64,000 bases of DNA from Dehalococcoidia bacterium (GTDB lineage Bacteria; Chloroflexota; Dehalococcoidia; Lucifugimonadales; QGNO01), in contig OZ240235.1 of the NCBI GenBank assembly GCA_965197965.1, forward strand, positions 549,820 through 613,819. The letters run 5' to 3'. Below, in pieces: positions 27,843-36,790 of this stretch (the first letter of the stretch is position 1; the number at the start of each line of letters is the position of its first letter). The notes beneath the pieces were generated by a model that saw only the letters and a list, made by a program, of their open reading frames with translations, ran no database searches and was not told the DNA's origin. A program made the position numbers and the translations under genes.

Positions 27843-28913
27843 TCAATTCCCCGACGCGTCGTGGCGCCAGCCCGAGCCGAACGTCATCCCACCGTCGCTG
27901 ACTACCCAAACGCGCACGTCCTCCGTGGTCACCCAGTTGCCCTCTGCGGTGGCCTTGAACATATCCGTGCCGAGCAAGTCTTTGAGGTCCCTTCCCACCA
28001 TGCCTTTGTCGTAGTGGTCTACGATCGTACCGCTATCGTCCGCTATGAACGCGAACCAATCCCCTTCAACGTTCTCGGCACTGTTGTAGTACTCGATGGC
28101 CGCTGTCAGTCCGGCAAAATCGCTCTGCGGGCTGTTGAAGTATGCGATGGTCCCTTCCAGTCCTACCGAGCGGAACACGAGGACGGCGGCTGCCACAAAG
28201 GACTTGGTGAACTCGTCGGCGATGATGTACCAGCCGGAGGCGAACAGCAGCCCGTCGTGCCTCACCACCCAAGCGTTCTTGAGCTGCAACGTGCCGGTGT
28301 GGTCGTCCCCGATGCCGCCGCTCTCCGGGTTCCTGAACACGTAGGACACCCACTTGCCGTCCTCGGTGGCCGACAGCATGTCCGGCCCGAAGTTGTACCC
28401 GTTGGCGTCGGTCCCGACCCAGCCATTCACGTCCAGCCCCAGGCGCTGGGATTCGGGATGCCCGATGACCGCATCGTTCTCGTCTATGATGAACACGTAC
28501 CACTGGCCGTCGATGCTCTCTGGGCGGTTGTAGTAGGCGAGGGTGGCGTCGAGTCCCTGGGTCTCATACCTGCTGATGGCCTTCTCTACGAAGAACTTGG
28601 TGTACTCGGCAGGAGCGGACTTGGGCGGTACGGAGGCGACGACGCTGCGGGCGATGCGCTCGGCTTCGGCGGCGGTGACTCCGGGTTGCGCCGTGGGGAC
28701 CAAGGCGATGGCCGATTCGACTATCCGTTCGACCTCGGCGCGGGTGAGCCCGCGTTCCGACTGGGGCGTCGCAGGCGCTTCGGCCATCTCCGTGCGCACT
28801 ATCTCCTCGACCTCGGCCCGGGACAGCCCCGCGTCCTCGCCGCAGCCAACCAGGAGGAGGGTGATCAGCACGGCTGGCGCCGCCCATGAAAATGCTACCC
28901 TGGTGTTCTTCAT
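27843..28913 (-). CDS. Lipoprotein with tandem Cache-like sensory domains
   Basis: 356 aa with the lipobox LLLVGC. It has three short LxRAEVExIV repeats. Two segments have the Cache-type pattern (QWYVFIIDENDAVIGHPE... and DWFAFIADDSGTIVDHYD...). The stop is TGA. Confidence 0.65.
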   Translation of the reverse strand: MKNTRVAFSWAAPAVLITLLLVGCGEDAGLSRAEVEEIVRTEMAEAPATPQSERGLTRAEVERIVESAIALVPTAQPGVTAAEAERIARSVVASVPPKSAPAEYTKFFVEKAISRYETQGLDATLAYYNRPESIDGQWYVFIIDENDAVIGHPESQRLGLDVNGWVGTDANGYNFGPDMLSATEDGKWVSYVFRNPESGGIGDDHTGTLQLKNAWVVRHDGLLFASGWYIIADEFTKSFVAAAVLVFRSVGLEGTIAYFNSPQSDFAGLTAAIEYYNSAENVEGDWFAFIADDSGTIVDHYDKGMVGRDLKDLLGTDMFKATAEGNWVTTEDVRVWVVSDGGMTFGSGWRHDASGN

Positions 28914-28937
28914 GTCAATTGCTGGCTCCCTTGAACA

Positions 28938-29891
28938 TTAGAGACCTCCGATGTCGGCACTCCCATCGACCACGAAGTTGGAGTCTTCGGCAACTGCGTC
29001 GTGAGTTAGAACGGCGTCGTTTCCAGCGGCGTCCTTGATGACGCCGCCGTTCAAGCTCACTGCGTTCGCGCCGACGGCAACCCCATCACTGTCCGAGTCG
29101 TCGCTCAGTACCGTATAGCCAAACACCAGCCGGACTCCTCGGACTCCGGGGTTGAAGGCGCAGAAAGCAATCCCGAATTGGTTTGGCTCACATTTGGGCA
29201 CGGCGTAGTCGAAGTCAGCCAATTTGGCCGTACCCTCAAAGTCCAGTTCCAGATGGGGTGTGCCAGTGGCGACTACGTCTTCGCTGAACACCGCGTCAGT
29301 AACGAGCTTTTCTCCGGCGGTGTAGACGCCATCTCTTCCTCCGGTACTTGAGACGAAGGAGACGGACGATATGGTGGGGCGAACCCCGTCCACCTTGTGG
29401 CCCGTCTGGACGGCCAGTGCACCATGGGACAGGTCGGCTGCGTTGTCGGCGGCGTCCTTGATGGTGCCCCCGTTCAGCGTCAGCTTGTTGGCGCCTATGG
29501 CGATTCCGTCGTCGTCCGAGACGCCCTCTGCCACCGTGTAGCTGAAGACCACATTGGTAGTTGTGACGCTCTCGTAGGCAGCAGCTTTGCCGCTCCCGCC
29601 GATTTCCAGTTCGAGCTGGGGCGAGCCTGTAACGGTAATGTTCTCGCTGAACGTCACCGTTACCTTGATACTGTCGCCGATCCCGTAGACGCCATCATCA
29701 TCGAAGGATGAGTCGTCATCACCAGTGTCGCTGGTGATGGCAACGGACGAGATGGTTGGAGCCGTCGTGTCGGTCTGAGCCGACACCGAGGGTAGACCGT
29801 CGAATGCGAACAGTCCGATGATTCCCATGAGCGCTCCAACCACAAGCGCCCATGCCAGTTTCCCTCTAACCGTTCCAATCTCTATGGCCAT
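28938..29891 (-). CDS. Membrane-anchored/secreted protein with two ~115-aa Ig-like surface repeats
   Basis: 317 aa with an N-terminal hydrophobic anchor. The repeats run (A/R)PTISSV...P(Q/H)LEL...(F)(S/G)YTV...DSDG(I/V)A(I/V)GAN...LNGG(T/V)IKDAA(D/G)N. It ends ...ADIGGL. By my count the stop triplet sits 1 nt left of the track coordinate; I kept the track coordinates. Confidence 0.6.
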   Translation of the reverse strand: MAIEIGTVRGKLAWALVVGALMGIIGLFAFDGLPSVSAQTDTTAPTISSVAITSDTGDDDSSFDDDGVYGIGDSIKVTVTFSENITVTGSPQLELEIGGSGKAAAYESVTTTNVVFSYTVAEGVSDDDGIAIGANKLTLNGGTIKDAADNAADLSHGALAVQTGHKVDGVRPTISSVSFVSSTGGRDGVYTAGEKLVTDAVFSEDVVATGTPHLELDFEGTAKLADFDYAVPKCEPNQFGIAFCAFNPGVRGVRLVFGYTVLSDDSDSDGVAVGANAVSLNGGVIKDAAGNDAVLTHDAVAEDSNFVVDGSADIGGL

Positions 29892-29952
29892 CTTGTTCCT
29901 CTCTCTGGAGATTTGGGAGCCTTCCCTTGGGTTCGCTCCGAGGGTTTAGTCG

Positions 29953-31905
29953 TCATAGCCCTCCCATCACCACTGCCGTCGTACTCTCGCTGGTCAGCAA
30001 CTCAAAATTGCCGGCGTCGTCTGAGAACCGGACCCGCACCTTCATGACCTTGCCGTTGTCGGAAGCCTGGAGCGTGTATGTGGAACTCGTCGCCCCGTCG
30101 ATTTCCGTGTCGTCAGCCAGCCACTGGTATCTGTAGGACACGTTGTCCAGGCCGTCGGCGTCGGAGATTCCATCCGTGCTTGCCGTCAGGGTTTGTCCCA
30201 CCTGCGGCGTTCCACTGATGGTGGGGGCACCCGTGGCGGGGGAGTTGGAGACCTGCTGCTGTTCCACCACGCGGGCAGGTGTTGCCGTGACTTCAGTAGA
30301 TGGGTCACCATCGCCAACACCGTTCGCCGCGATGACCCGCACAGTATAAGAGACGCCGTTGGTCAAACCTGTGATGATATGTGAAGTTGCGGTGACCGTT
30401 TCCTCAGAGACGTCGTCCGGAGTTTCCCAGCTGTCCGAATCTTCCTTCCACTGCACTTTGTACCCGGTGATTGCCGTGCCGCCGTTGGAACGAGGCATTT
30501 CCCAGGACAGGGCAAGTTGAGCGTCACCAGGAGTGGCCGTCAGGTCATACGGGAACCGCGGCGAGTTAAAGACTAAGCCGAACCAGCGGTACCGCCTCGT
30601 CTCCATACCAAACCGTATCCCACCGGCGGCGTCACTGTCCTGGACCGCGGCGGACAGCAAGCCGACCTTGCCGTTGAACTGTATTTCACCGGCGAAGATT
30701 GGGGTCGCCGTAATCACTCCACTCGAAGTGTCTCCGGCGTTGAGGGTGACCGTCGTGCTGGACAGCGTAACTCTCTCGCCCCAAAGGGTGACTTCCAGGT
30801 TGGATGGAGCGGGTTTACTGAGGGTGACCTCCCAGGCAAAGGTATAGAACTCCTCGGCATCGCGCGATTCCAAACTTACCTCGATAGCGGTTACCGCCAT
30901 CTCTGTGACTTCAGCCGACGCTGCGTTGTCACCGTTCTGGTTGAATGCCAGCACTCGCACCGTGTAGGCGACGCCATCGGTCAAATCTGTGATGGTGTGC
31001 GACATTCCGGTCACTGTAGCCTCGGACACGTCGTCCGGAGTTACCCAGCTGCCCGAATCCTCCTTCCACTGCGCTTTGTATCCTTGTATCGGAGAACCGC
31101 CGTCGCTGGCAGGCGCTTCCCAGGACACGGCAAGTTCCTGGCTTTCACCCGAAGAGACCTTCAGGTTCCGAGGCGCGTCCTCCGCTGTGGTCGCCACTAC
31201 CGCAGTCGCAGCGCTCGTGAGCGTTTCGTTGTTGTCGGCGTCGTCGGTGAAGTTCACCTGCACCTTGATGGTCTTTCCCATGTCTTCGTCGGACAGCGTG
31301 TATGTGGCCTCCAACATGCCCCAAATGTCTATGTCCCCGACCCCCCGCGCGCCCGGAATGTCTGTGTCTTCAACCCCGTCGTTGGATATCCACTGATAGA
31401 TAAGGAAGAATCGGCTGTACCCCTCTTCGTCCTCGATGTCCGACATGGAGACTGTGAGTGTCTGCCCTGCCTGTGCTACTCCAATGATGACAGGCGCGCC
31501 CGTCGCGGGCGTGTTCGCAGCGCGGGTCACCGTCACGGTGTACGTCTGTGTGGTGTTCCCGTCTTCGGCGGTTACTTCTACTGTGATGACGTTGCTACCT
31601 ACACTCAGTGAAACGGTGCCATCCGTGTCTTCAACTCCGCCGAGCTTTGTGACGTAGCTGGCCCCTGAGTGGCTCACGGTGGGAGTGACGGTGGTCTGTT
31701 TCACGCCATTGGCGACGCTGGCAGTGTAAGAAGTGGTGCCTGATGCGAATGTGGCCAAGTCCACGTCACTCAGCGTCAGGTCACTGAGCGTGGCGTCGCT
31801 GCTCTGGCCCTCGGCCAGGACCGTATGGGTGAGGAAGACCAACCCCACCGCGAGGGCAATGAGCAAGATTCGAACAGTTAGGCTGATTCGCTTTGTTGTG
31901 CCCAT
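29953..31905 (-). CDS. Secreted protein: cadherin-like beta-sandwich + 2 FN3 + 2 'YQW' modules
   Basis: 650 aa with a signal peptide. ATLSDLTLSDVDL...TTQTYTVTVTR is a cadherin-like beta-sandwich pattern. Two FN3-like units are present (SWE(A/M)P...GG..I.GYK.QWKEDS.SW...YTVRV.A.N). Two ~88-aa YQW modules are present. It ends AVVMGGL-TGA. Confidence 0.75.
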   Translation of the reverse strand: MGTTKRISLTVRILLIALAVGLVFLTHTVLAEGQSSDATLSDLTLSDVDLATFASGTTSYTASVANGVKQTTVTPTVSHSGASYVTKLGGVEDTDGTVSLSVGSNVITVEVTAEDGNTTQTYTVTVTRAANTPATGAPVIIGVAQAGQTLTVSMSDIEDEEGYSRFFLIYQWISNDGVEDTDIPGARGVGDIDIWGMLEATYTLSDEDMGKTIKVQVNFTDDADNNETLTSAATAVVATTAEDAPRNLKVSSGESQELAVSWEAPASDGGSPIQGYKAQWKEDSGSWVTPDDVSEATVTGMSHTITDLTDGVAYTVRVLAFNQNGDNAASAEVTEMAVTAIEVSLESRDAEEFYTFAWEVTLSKPAPSNLEVTLWGERVTLSSTTVTLNAGDTSSGVITATPIFAGEIQFNGKVGLLSAAVQDSDAAGGIRFGMETRRYRWFGLVFNSPRFPYDLTATPGDAQLALSWEMPRSNGGTAITGYKVQWKEDSDSWETPDDVSEETVTATSHIITGLTNGVSYTVRVIAANGVGDGDPSTEVTATPARVVEQQQVSNSPATGAPTISGTPQVGQTLTASTDGISDADGLDNVSYRYQWLADDTEIDGATSSTYTLQASDNGKVMKVRVRFSDDAGNFELLTSESTTAVVMGGL

Positions 31906-31918
31906 ATCTAGTCTCCTT

Positions 31919-33232
31919 CTACAGGCCTCCCACGAGCGTCAGGTCACTGCCGGCGACTATCTCAAGACCTATGAGCCTGGTCCCACTCTTAGCAACCGAA
32001 TCGACGCTGACCGTGACCGTGCCGGAGGCCGTCACGGTGATGGTCTCGCTCTCCAAGGCGCCGCGAGCGATTGTGACAGTCTCGGCGGAAAGCGTGCCTC
32101 CTATGGCCGAAAGGGTTACCGACAACGAAGACGGCGCTCCCTGGTCGATACTGACGACCACACCGGCGCCTTTCTTTTCCAACTCCGCGGTGATGGTGAA
32201 CGGCGCCCCGGGGTTTTGGTCGAATTCCACGCTATCCAGATTTCCGAGGCCTTCGAACACGCCTGCGGGCAATGTTGATATCTGGTTATGACTCATGACT
32301 AAGGAATTCAAATCGCCCAGACCCTCGAACGCGCCTGAGGGCAACGCCGTGATTTTGTTGTTGAATAGGGTCAGTTGCTGCAGTTCGCCAAGGTCGCCGA
32401 ATACGCCCGAGGGCAACGCCGTGAGCTCGTTCCTGCTCAGGTACAACCACGTCAAATTGCCGAGGCCGTCGAACACCCCCTCGGGCAACGCGGTGATCTT
32501 GTTCTGGTGCAGGTTCAGGGCCATCAGGTTGGTGAGCCCGTCGAACACCTCCTCCGGCAATGCAGCGACCGAATTCCTGGGGAGCTCCAGTGAGTTGAGG
32601 CTAGTTAGCCCATCGAACACTTCCTCCGGGAGCGCGCTGACCTTGTTGGCGGTGAATGTGAGATCCTTCAGGTTGGTCAGGCCATCGAATATTTCCTCAG
32701 GCAGCGCCGTAAGACCGTTCTGGTACAGCTTCAGGTTCTGTAGGTTGGTCAGGCCGTCGAACAGGTTCTCCGGGAGCGAGCTCACCTCGGTGAAGGTCAG
32801 GTTCAGGCGTTTGAGTTCGGTGAGTCCGGAGAAGATGTCCTCGGGCAGCGAGGTGATCTGGTTGTCGTCCAGTTTCAGTTCCTGCAACCCGCTGAGACCG
32901 GCGAAGTCCCCGGACTTGAGGGAGGTCACCCCCATATTGGACAGAGCAAGCGTCCCGCTTATCCCTGACAGGTTGGCGTCGGTGACGTCCCCGCAGGCGG
33001 TAACGTCTGACAGCTTGGCAAGGATGGCGTCCTGGACCTTCTGGGTGCGGCCGCAGATACCCGGCGTGGGAGTGGGAGAGGGTGTGGGGGTAACGGCTTG
33101 CGCCAGGGCCATGCCGTGATTCGTGGGGAGGGCGAGACCTGCCGCCAGTGCGGCAGCGACCGCAAGAGCCGCGAGCAGGATAGCTGCACGCTTCAAGCTG
33201 ACCCAGCTCGTCAATACGGTCAATCTGCTCAT
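31919..33232 (-). CDS. Secreted leucine-rich-repeat (LRR) protein
   Basis: 437 aa with a signal peptide. It has the Cys-containing cap GICGRTQKVQDAILAKLSDVTACGDVTDANLSGIS and about 11 LRRs (L..L.L..N.(I/L)(T/S)(S/A)LPE..F.GL). The C-terminal beta-rich cap is NPGAPFTITAELEKKG.... It ends LTLVGGL-TAG. Confidence 0.8.
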   Translation of the reverse strand: MSRLTVLTSWVSLKRAAILLAALAVAAALAAGLALPTNHGMALAQAVTPTPSPTPTPGICGRTQKVQDAILAKLSDVTACGDVTDANLSGISGTLALSNMGVTSLKSGDFAGLSGLQELKLDDNQITSLPEDIFSGLTELKRLNLTFTEVSSLPENLFDGLTNLQNLKLYQNGLTALPEEIFDGLTNLKDLTFTANKVSALPEEVFDGLTSLNSLELPRNSVAALPEEVFDGLTNLMALNLHQNKITALPEGVFDGLGNLTWLYLSRNELTALPSGVFGDLGELQQLTLFNNKITALPSGAFEGLGDLNSLVMSHNQISTLPAGVFEGLGNLDSVEFDQNPGAPFTITAELEKKGAGVVVSIDQGAPSSLSVTLSAIGGTLSAETVTIARGALESETITVTASGTVTVSVDSVAKSGTRLIGLEIVAGSDLTLVGGL

Positions 33233-33272
33233 CGATTCTCCTGAATGTCAGGCCGATGCAATTGGCAGCTCC

Positions 33273-34415
33273 CTACAACCCGCCCATAACCACCGCCGTG
33301 GTTCCCTCGCTTGTCAGCGATTCTTCGTAGCCCGCGTCGTCCGTGAAGCTCACTCGCACCTTGATGACCTTGCCGTTGTCCGATGACTGGAGCGTGTAGG
33401 TGGAGCTCGTAGCCCCATCGATTTCGGTGTCCCTGCTCGACAGCCACTGGTAGCTGTAGGACACGTTGTCCAAGCCGTCAGCGTCAGAGATTTCAGACGT
33501 GTCTGCTGTCAAAGTCTGTCCCACCTGCGCCGTTCCGCTGATTGTCGGCGCACCAGTGGCGGAGGAGTTCTGAACGGTAACCGTCAGGTAGTACAGGTGG
33601 CCTGCGCCGTTGTTTACGTTTCCTGTATTGATGCCGATGCCAAGCCGGTTTTCGCCCCGGCCCAGATTAATCTGAAAGCCATTTGTGTCGTCGTCGGCAT
33701 CGTTGAGGACGATACCGGTAGTGGTCCCGTTCCCGTAGGAGTAGTTGCAGGTTCCTTGCAACGGTCCACCCCAGCAACCTGAGATTACTCCCCAGATCGG
33801 GTTCTTGACGAAGACGGTAAAGTAGCCGGTCAAGACGGTGGATTCCAAGGTGATGGATTCAGTATCGGTGGGGACTTCAGCGTCATATCGATTTATTCCC
33901 CTATCAAAGGAAGGGTTCAGAGTTCCAGAACTGATGGTCAGCGCCGTCAGTGGCGCCGACGAGTAAGTGCCTTCCCTGAGATTGAACGCCCCCATGGCAA
34001 TTTGAGTTGAGGAAACGAGGTTGTTCGCTTCGTTTTCGCCGCAGTACAGTTCCACTTCGACTTTCGGAAGTCTGGTAACGCCGCTCGGACTAAGGGGGAT
34101 TTCATGGGAGATTGCCTTGGTTGCCTCATTGCTGCCGGAGGCCACTGAGCCGAGGTGGGTGCGGGACGTCTCCGCGTCGTTGCTAGGGGGTCTGACCGCC
34201 AGGTAGAGGTTGTAATCGGATGAGCAGTTGTCCGGATCTGACCAGGAGACGGTGTCATCGGCGTCAGTTATCACAACCGTGATGTACGCTTCGGGGTCAG
34301 ACCCGCTCTGAGCGGCAACGTGAGAGGGACTACCCGACACCACAAGAGTCAGCCCTAACACGGCCCCAATGAGGGCCACCACTATCGGAATGCCTGCTCG
34401 ATTCACTATGTTCAT
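33273..34415 (-). CDS. Secreted protein: unknown N-domain + cadherin-like beta-sandwich + C-terminal YQW module
   Basis: 380 aa with a signal peptide. LTALTISSGTLNPSFDRGINRYDAEVPTDTESITLE is present. The C-terminus ATGAPTISGTAQVGQTLTADTSEISDADGLDNVSYSYQW...KVIKVRVSFTDDAGYEESLTSEGTTAVVMGGL is followed by TAG. Confidence 0.65.
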   Translation of the reverse strand: MNIVNRAGIPIVVALIGAVLGLTLVVSGSPSHVAAQSGSDPEAYITVVITDADDTVSWSDPDNCSSDYNLYLAVRPPSNDAETSRTHLGSVASGSNEATKAISHEIPLSPSGVTRLPKVEVELYCGENEANNLVSSTQIAMGAFNLREGTYSSAPLTALTISSGTLNPSFDRGINRYDAEVPTDTESITLESTVLTGYFTVFVKNPIWGVISGCWGGPLQGTCNYSYGNGTTTGIVLNDADDDTNGFQINLGRGENRLGIGINTGNVNNGAGHLYYLTVTVQNSSATGAPTISGTAQVGQTLTADTSEISDADGLDNVSYSYQWLSSRDTEIDGATSSTYTLQSSDNGKVIKVRVSFTDDAGYEESLTSEGTTAVVMGGL

Positions 34416-34474
34416 CTCGCCTCTCTCCTATCTCAGGTTTGATCTTCGGACAGACGTCTGCCTGGTTCCGATTC

Positions 34475-36442
34475 CTACAGCCCACCCATCACCACTGCTG
34501 CCGTTCCTATGCTTGTCAGGGACTCCTCGTTGCCCGCGTCGTCGGTGAAGGTGACCCTGACCTTTATGACCTTGCCGTTGTCGGTTGACTGGACGGTGTA
34601 GATGGAGTTCGTCGCGTCGTTGATTTCGGTATCGTCAGCCAGCCACTGGTAGCTATAGCTCACGTTGGTCAGACCGTCGGCGTCGGAGATCCCGGACGTG
34701 CTTGCCGTCAGGGTCTGGCCAACTTGTGCGGTTCCACTAATGGTGGGAGCGCCTGTTGCCGGAGTGTTGGCCTGCGACGCAGACGAGAGGGTGAGGCTAT
34801 CGCCAAGGCCGGTCTGGATGCCCTGGTATGAACCCTCCAGGAAGGCGGAGGCAACCACGGAGACCGTCACGCCGTCGTCATCGCTTATCGGGGAGGTGAT
34901 GACACCGCTCTCCAGATCGCCGCCGTTTACGGAGACGATCAGGTTGGAAGAAAGCACCCCGGCTTTGAAGTTCAGGGTGACCGACATGTTGAAGGGAGCG
35001 CCCTCGGCGATCTTGACCACCACGCCGTTGTCGCCCCGCTGCTCCAACTCCGCCGTGAACGTGAAGGGTGTTCCGGGGTTGTTGCCCATGTAGAGGGTTT
35101 CCAGGTCGCCAAGGTCCTGAAAAATCCCATCGGGCAATGCATTCAGTTTGTTGTTGGTGAATATCAACCTGTCGAGGTTGGTGAGGCCGTCGAACAGGTC
35201 CTCGGGCAATGCAGTAATCGGGTTGGTGGAGAGCACTAAGTTTTCCAGGCTGCTGAGGCCGTCGAACACGTCCTCCGGCAGTGCAGTCAGCTGGTTGTTG
35301 TGCAGACGCAGGTCCGTCAGGCTGGTGAGCCCGTCGAATACCTCCTTGTGCAGCTCCCTTATCTGGTTAGTTCCCCCCAAGGCCAGGATTTGCAGGCTGG
35401 TCAGTCCGTCGAATACGTCCTCGGGCAGTGCCGTCAGGTCGAGGAACAGGTACAGCCGTTGCAGATTGCCGAGTCCCTCGAATACGTCCTTGGGCACCGA
35501 CCTGATGTAGGAGGAGCCGGTCGGTTGAAGCCACGTCATGGAGCTGAGTCCAGCGAAGTCCCCGGACTTGATGGACGTGGCGCTTGTGAAGCTGACGACC
35601 AACTTGGTTATGCCGGCCAGGTGCGCGTCCGTGACGTCGGCGCAGTCGCTGACGTCGGACAGCAGGGCCAGAATGGCGTCCTGCACCTCCTGGGTCCGGC
35701 CGCAGATGCCCAGAGGAGCGGCCAGCGTGAGTTCAAGATCGTCGGCCTCTTCCCACGTGAGGCCAAAGTAGCTTGAATAGTCGGTGGCGCTGAAGTCGGA
35801 CGACTCCACGCTCACGGTCACCTGCACGTCGGCGGTCTGTACCCGGCTCTGGTCGCTGGGGGAGAGGCTCACAGCATCGCTCTTGATGCTGCCTCCCTCA
35901 ACTGTGACCGCCGTCGAGGACAGTGTTCCGCCCTCGGCGGACAGCGTGATTTCCATGTCGAAGGGCGCGCCCTCGGCGACCTTGACCACCACCGAGTTCG
36001 AGCCCTCCTGCTCCAGCGTCATCGTGAGGCTGAAGGGAGACCCCGTATTGAAGTTCAGCCACAGGGTGTCGAGGCTCTCGAGGCCCTCGAAGATGCCGTC
36101 CGGTAGATCGCTCAGGTCGTTGGTGTCGAGATAGAGCTGCTCCAGGCCGGACAACCCCTTGAAGTCTCCGGTCTTGAGCGCAGAAATGCTCTTGTCCGAA
36201 AGGGTCAGGGCGCCCGTTATGCCTGCCAGGTGTGAGTCGGTGACATTGGCGCATTCGCTAACGTCGGACAGCTTGGCGAGAATGGCATCTCGCACTTCCT
36301 GGGTGCGCTCGCAGATGCCGGAAGACTGGGCGAGGACCGTGCTGCTCGGCGGGATGGACACTGAGGCGGCGACGACGGCCATCACCAGCAGCGCCATGGC
36401 TACCGCAGTCTTGGTTCGCATTTTAGGTCTTCGAATTGTCAT
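34475..36442 (-). CDS. Secreted double-LRR protein with C-terminal YQW module
   Basis: 655 aa with a signal peptide. It has two GIC(E/G)RTQEV(R/Q)DAILA.LSDVS.CA.VTD.HLAGIT caps, each followed by LRRs and an NPG(T/S)PF(T/S)... cap, then a YQW module. It ends AAVVMGGL-TAG. Confidence 0.8.
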   Translation of the reverse strand: MTIRRPKMRTKTAVAMALLVMAVVAASVSIPPSSTVLAQSSGICERTQEVRDAILAKLSDVSECANVTDSHLAGITGALTLSDKSISALKTGDFKGLSGLEQLYLDTNDLSDLPDGIFEGLESLDTLWLNFNTGSPFSLTMTLEQEGSNSVVVKVAEGAPFDMEITLSAEGGTLSSTAVTVEGGSIKSDAVSLSPSDQSRVQTADVQVTVSVESSDFSATDYSSYFGLTWEEADDLELTLAAPLGICGRTQEVQDAILALLSDVSDCADVTDAHLAGITKLVVSFTSATSIKSGDFAGLSSMTWLQPTGSSYIRSVPKDVFEGLGNLQRLYLFLDLTALPEDVFDGLTSLQILALGGTNQIRELHKEVFDGLTSLTDLRLHNNQLTALPEDVFDGLSSLENLVLSTNPITALPEDLFDGLTNLDRLIFTNNKLNALPDGIFQDLGDLETLYMGNNPGTPFTFTAELEQRGDNGVVVKIAEGAPFNMSVTLNFKAGVLSSNLIVSVNGGDLESGVITSPISDDDGVTVSVVASAFLEGSYQGIQTGLGDSLTLSSASQANTPATGAPTISGTAQVGQTLTASTSGISDADGLTNVSYSYQWLADDTEINDATNSIYTVQSTDNGKVIKVRVTFTDDAGNEESLTSIGTAAVVMGGL

Positions 36443-36536
36443 AGCTCGGCCTTTGCGTCGGGAACAGGTCCTCCGGTAGAACTACGCTTACCTTGAGTGC
36501 CAGCCTTAAGCTCCGCCTGTCATCTGATCGGTATTG

Positions 36537-36660
36537 CCCATATAAACACTAGAGCCCCTTCATCGTTTTGGTAAGTGCTTAATCACACTCTTAGGACGGC
36601 AAAAGTGTTAGCTCTGAGAGAGAGTGTTTCTGCAACTTTTCGCTCTTGCTGACATAGACG
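36537..36660. repeat. Conserved intergenic cassette, copy A (short form)
   Basis: CCCATATAAACACTAGAGCCCCTTCATCG(T/A)TTTGGTAAGTGCTTAATCACACT...GTTAGCT...AGAGAGTGT(G)TTTCTGCAACTTTT(T/C)GCTCTTGCTGACATAGACG is shared with copies at 46304, 51098 and 62260. It lies ~95 nt upstream of the 34475..36442 start. The minus-strand promoter candidate is TTACCA (36574-36569), 17 nt, then TAGTGT (36551-36546). Confidence 0.8.
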
Positions 36661-36790
36661 CGACCGGGAGATGCCGCTGCCCTCTCCCCCGGCCATCCGC
36701 ATACGCGGGCATTTCTTGTTGCCCGGAAAGACAAGCGCTATGCACCGCCCGATCTATCTTTTAGGCCCGGAACCCTCTATAGCGACGGGA

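Noticed and set aside
28937-28940. A one-nucleotide discrepancy between my manual indexing of the stop codon of the gene 28938..29891 (TAA as plus-strand TTA at 28937-28939 by my count) and the track coordinate.
   Set aside because: Both ends of the translated protein match the track, and the length must be a multiple of three. This is most likely my own counting slip, so I kept the track coordinates and draw no biological conclusion such as a frameshift.
29953-29955. The TGA directly after ...MGGL in the gene 29953..31905. I considered Sec or read-through extending the protein, given that the organism decodes UGA.
   Set aside because: The in-frame continuation (R L N P R S E P K G R L P N L Q R E E Q D G H R...) is not coding-like and runs out of frame into the next gene. 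The four sister proteins end at the same GGL with TAG or TAA.
36443-36790. A search for a rho-independent terminator downstream of the 3061-aa gene and for small genes in the 350-bp gap (track ORF 36671..36982(+)).
   Set aside because: Only a weak hairpin (CGGGCA-acaagaaa-TGCCCG) without a U-tract was found. The plus-strand ORF overlaps the giant gene's 3' end and has no features. The gap is better explained by cassette copy A.
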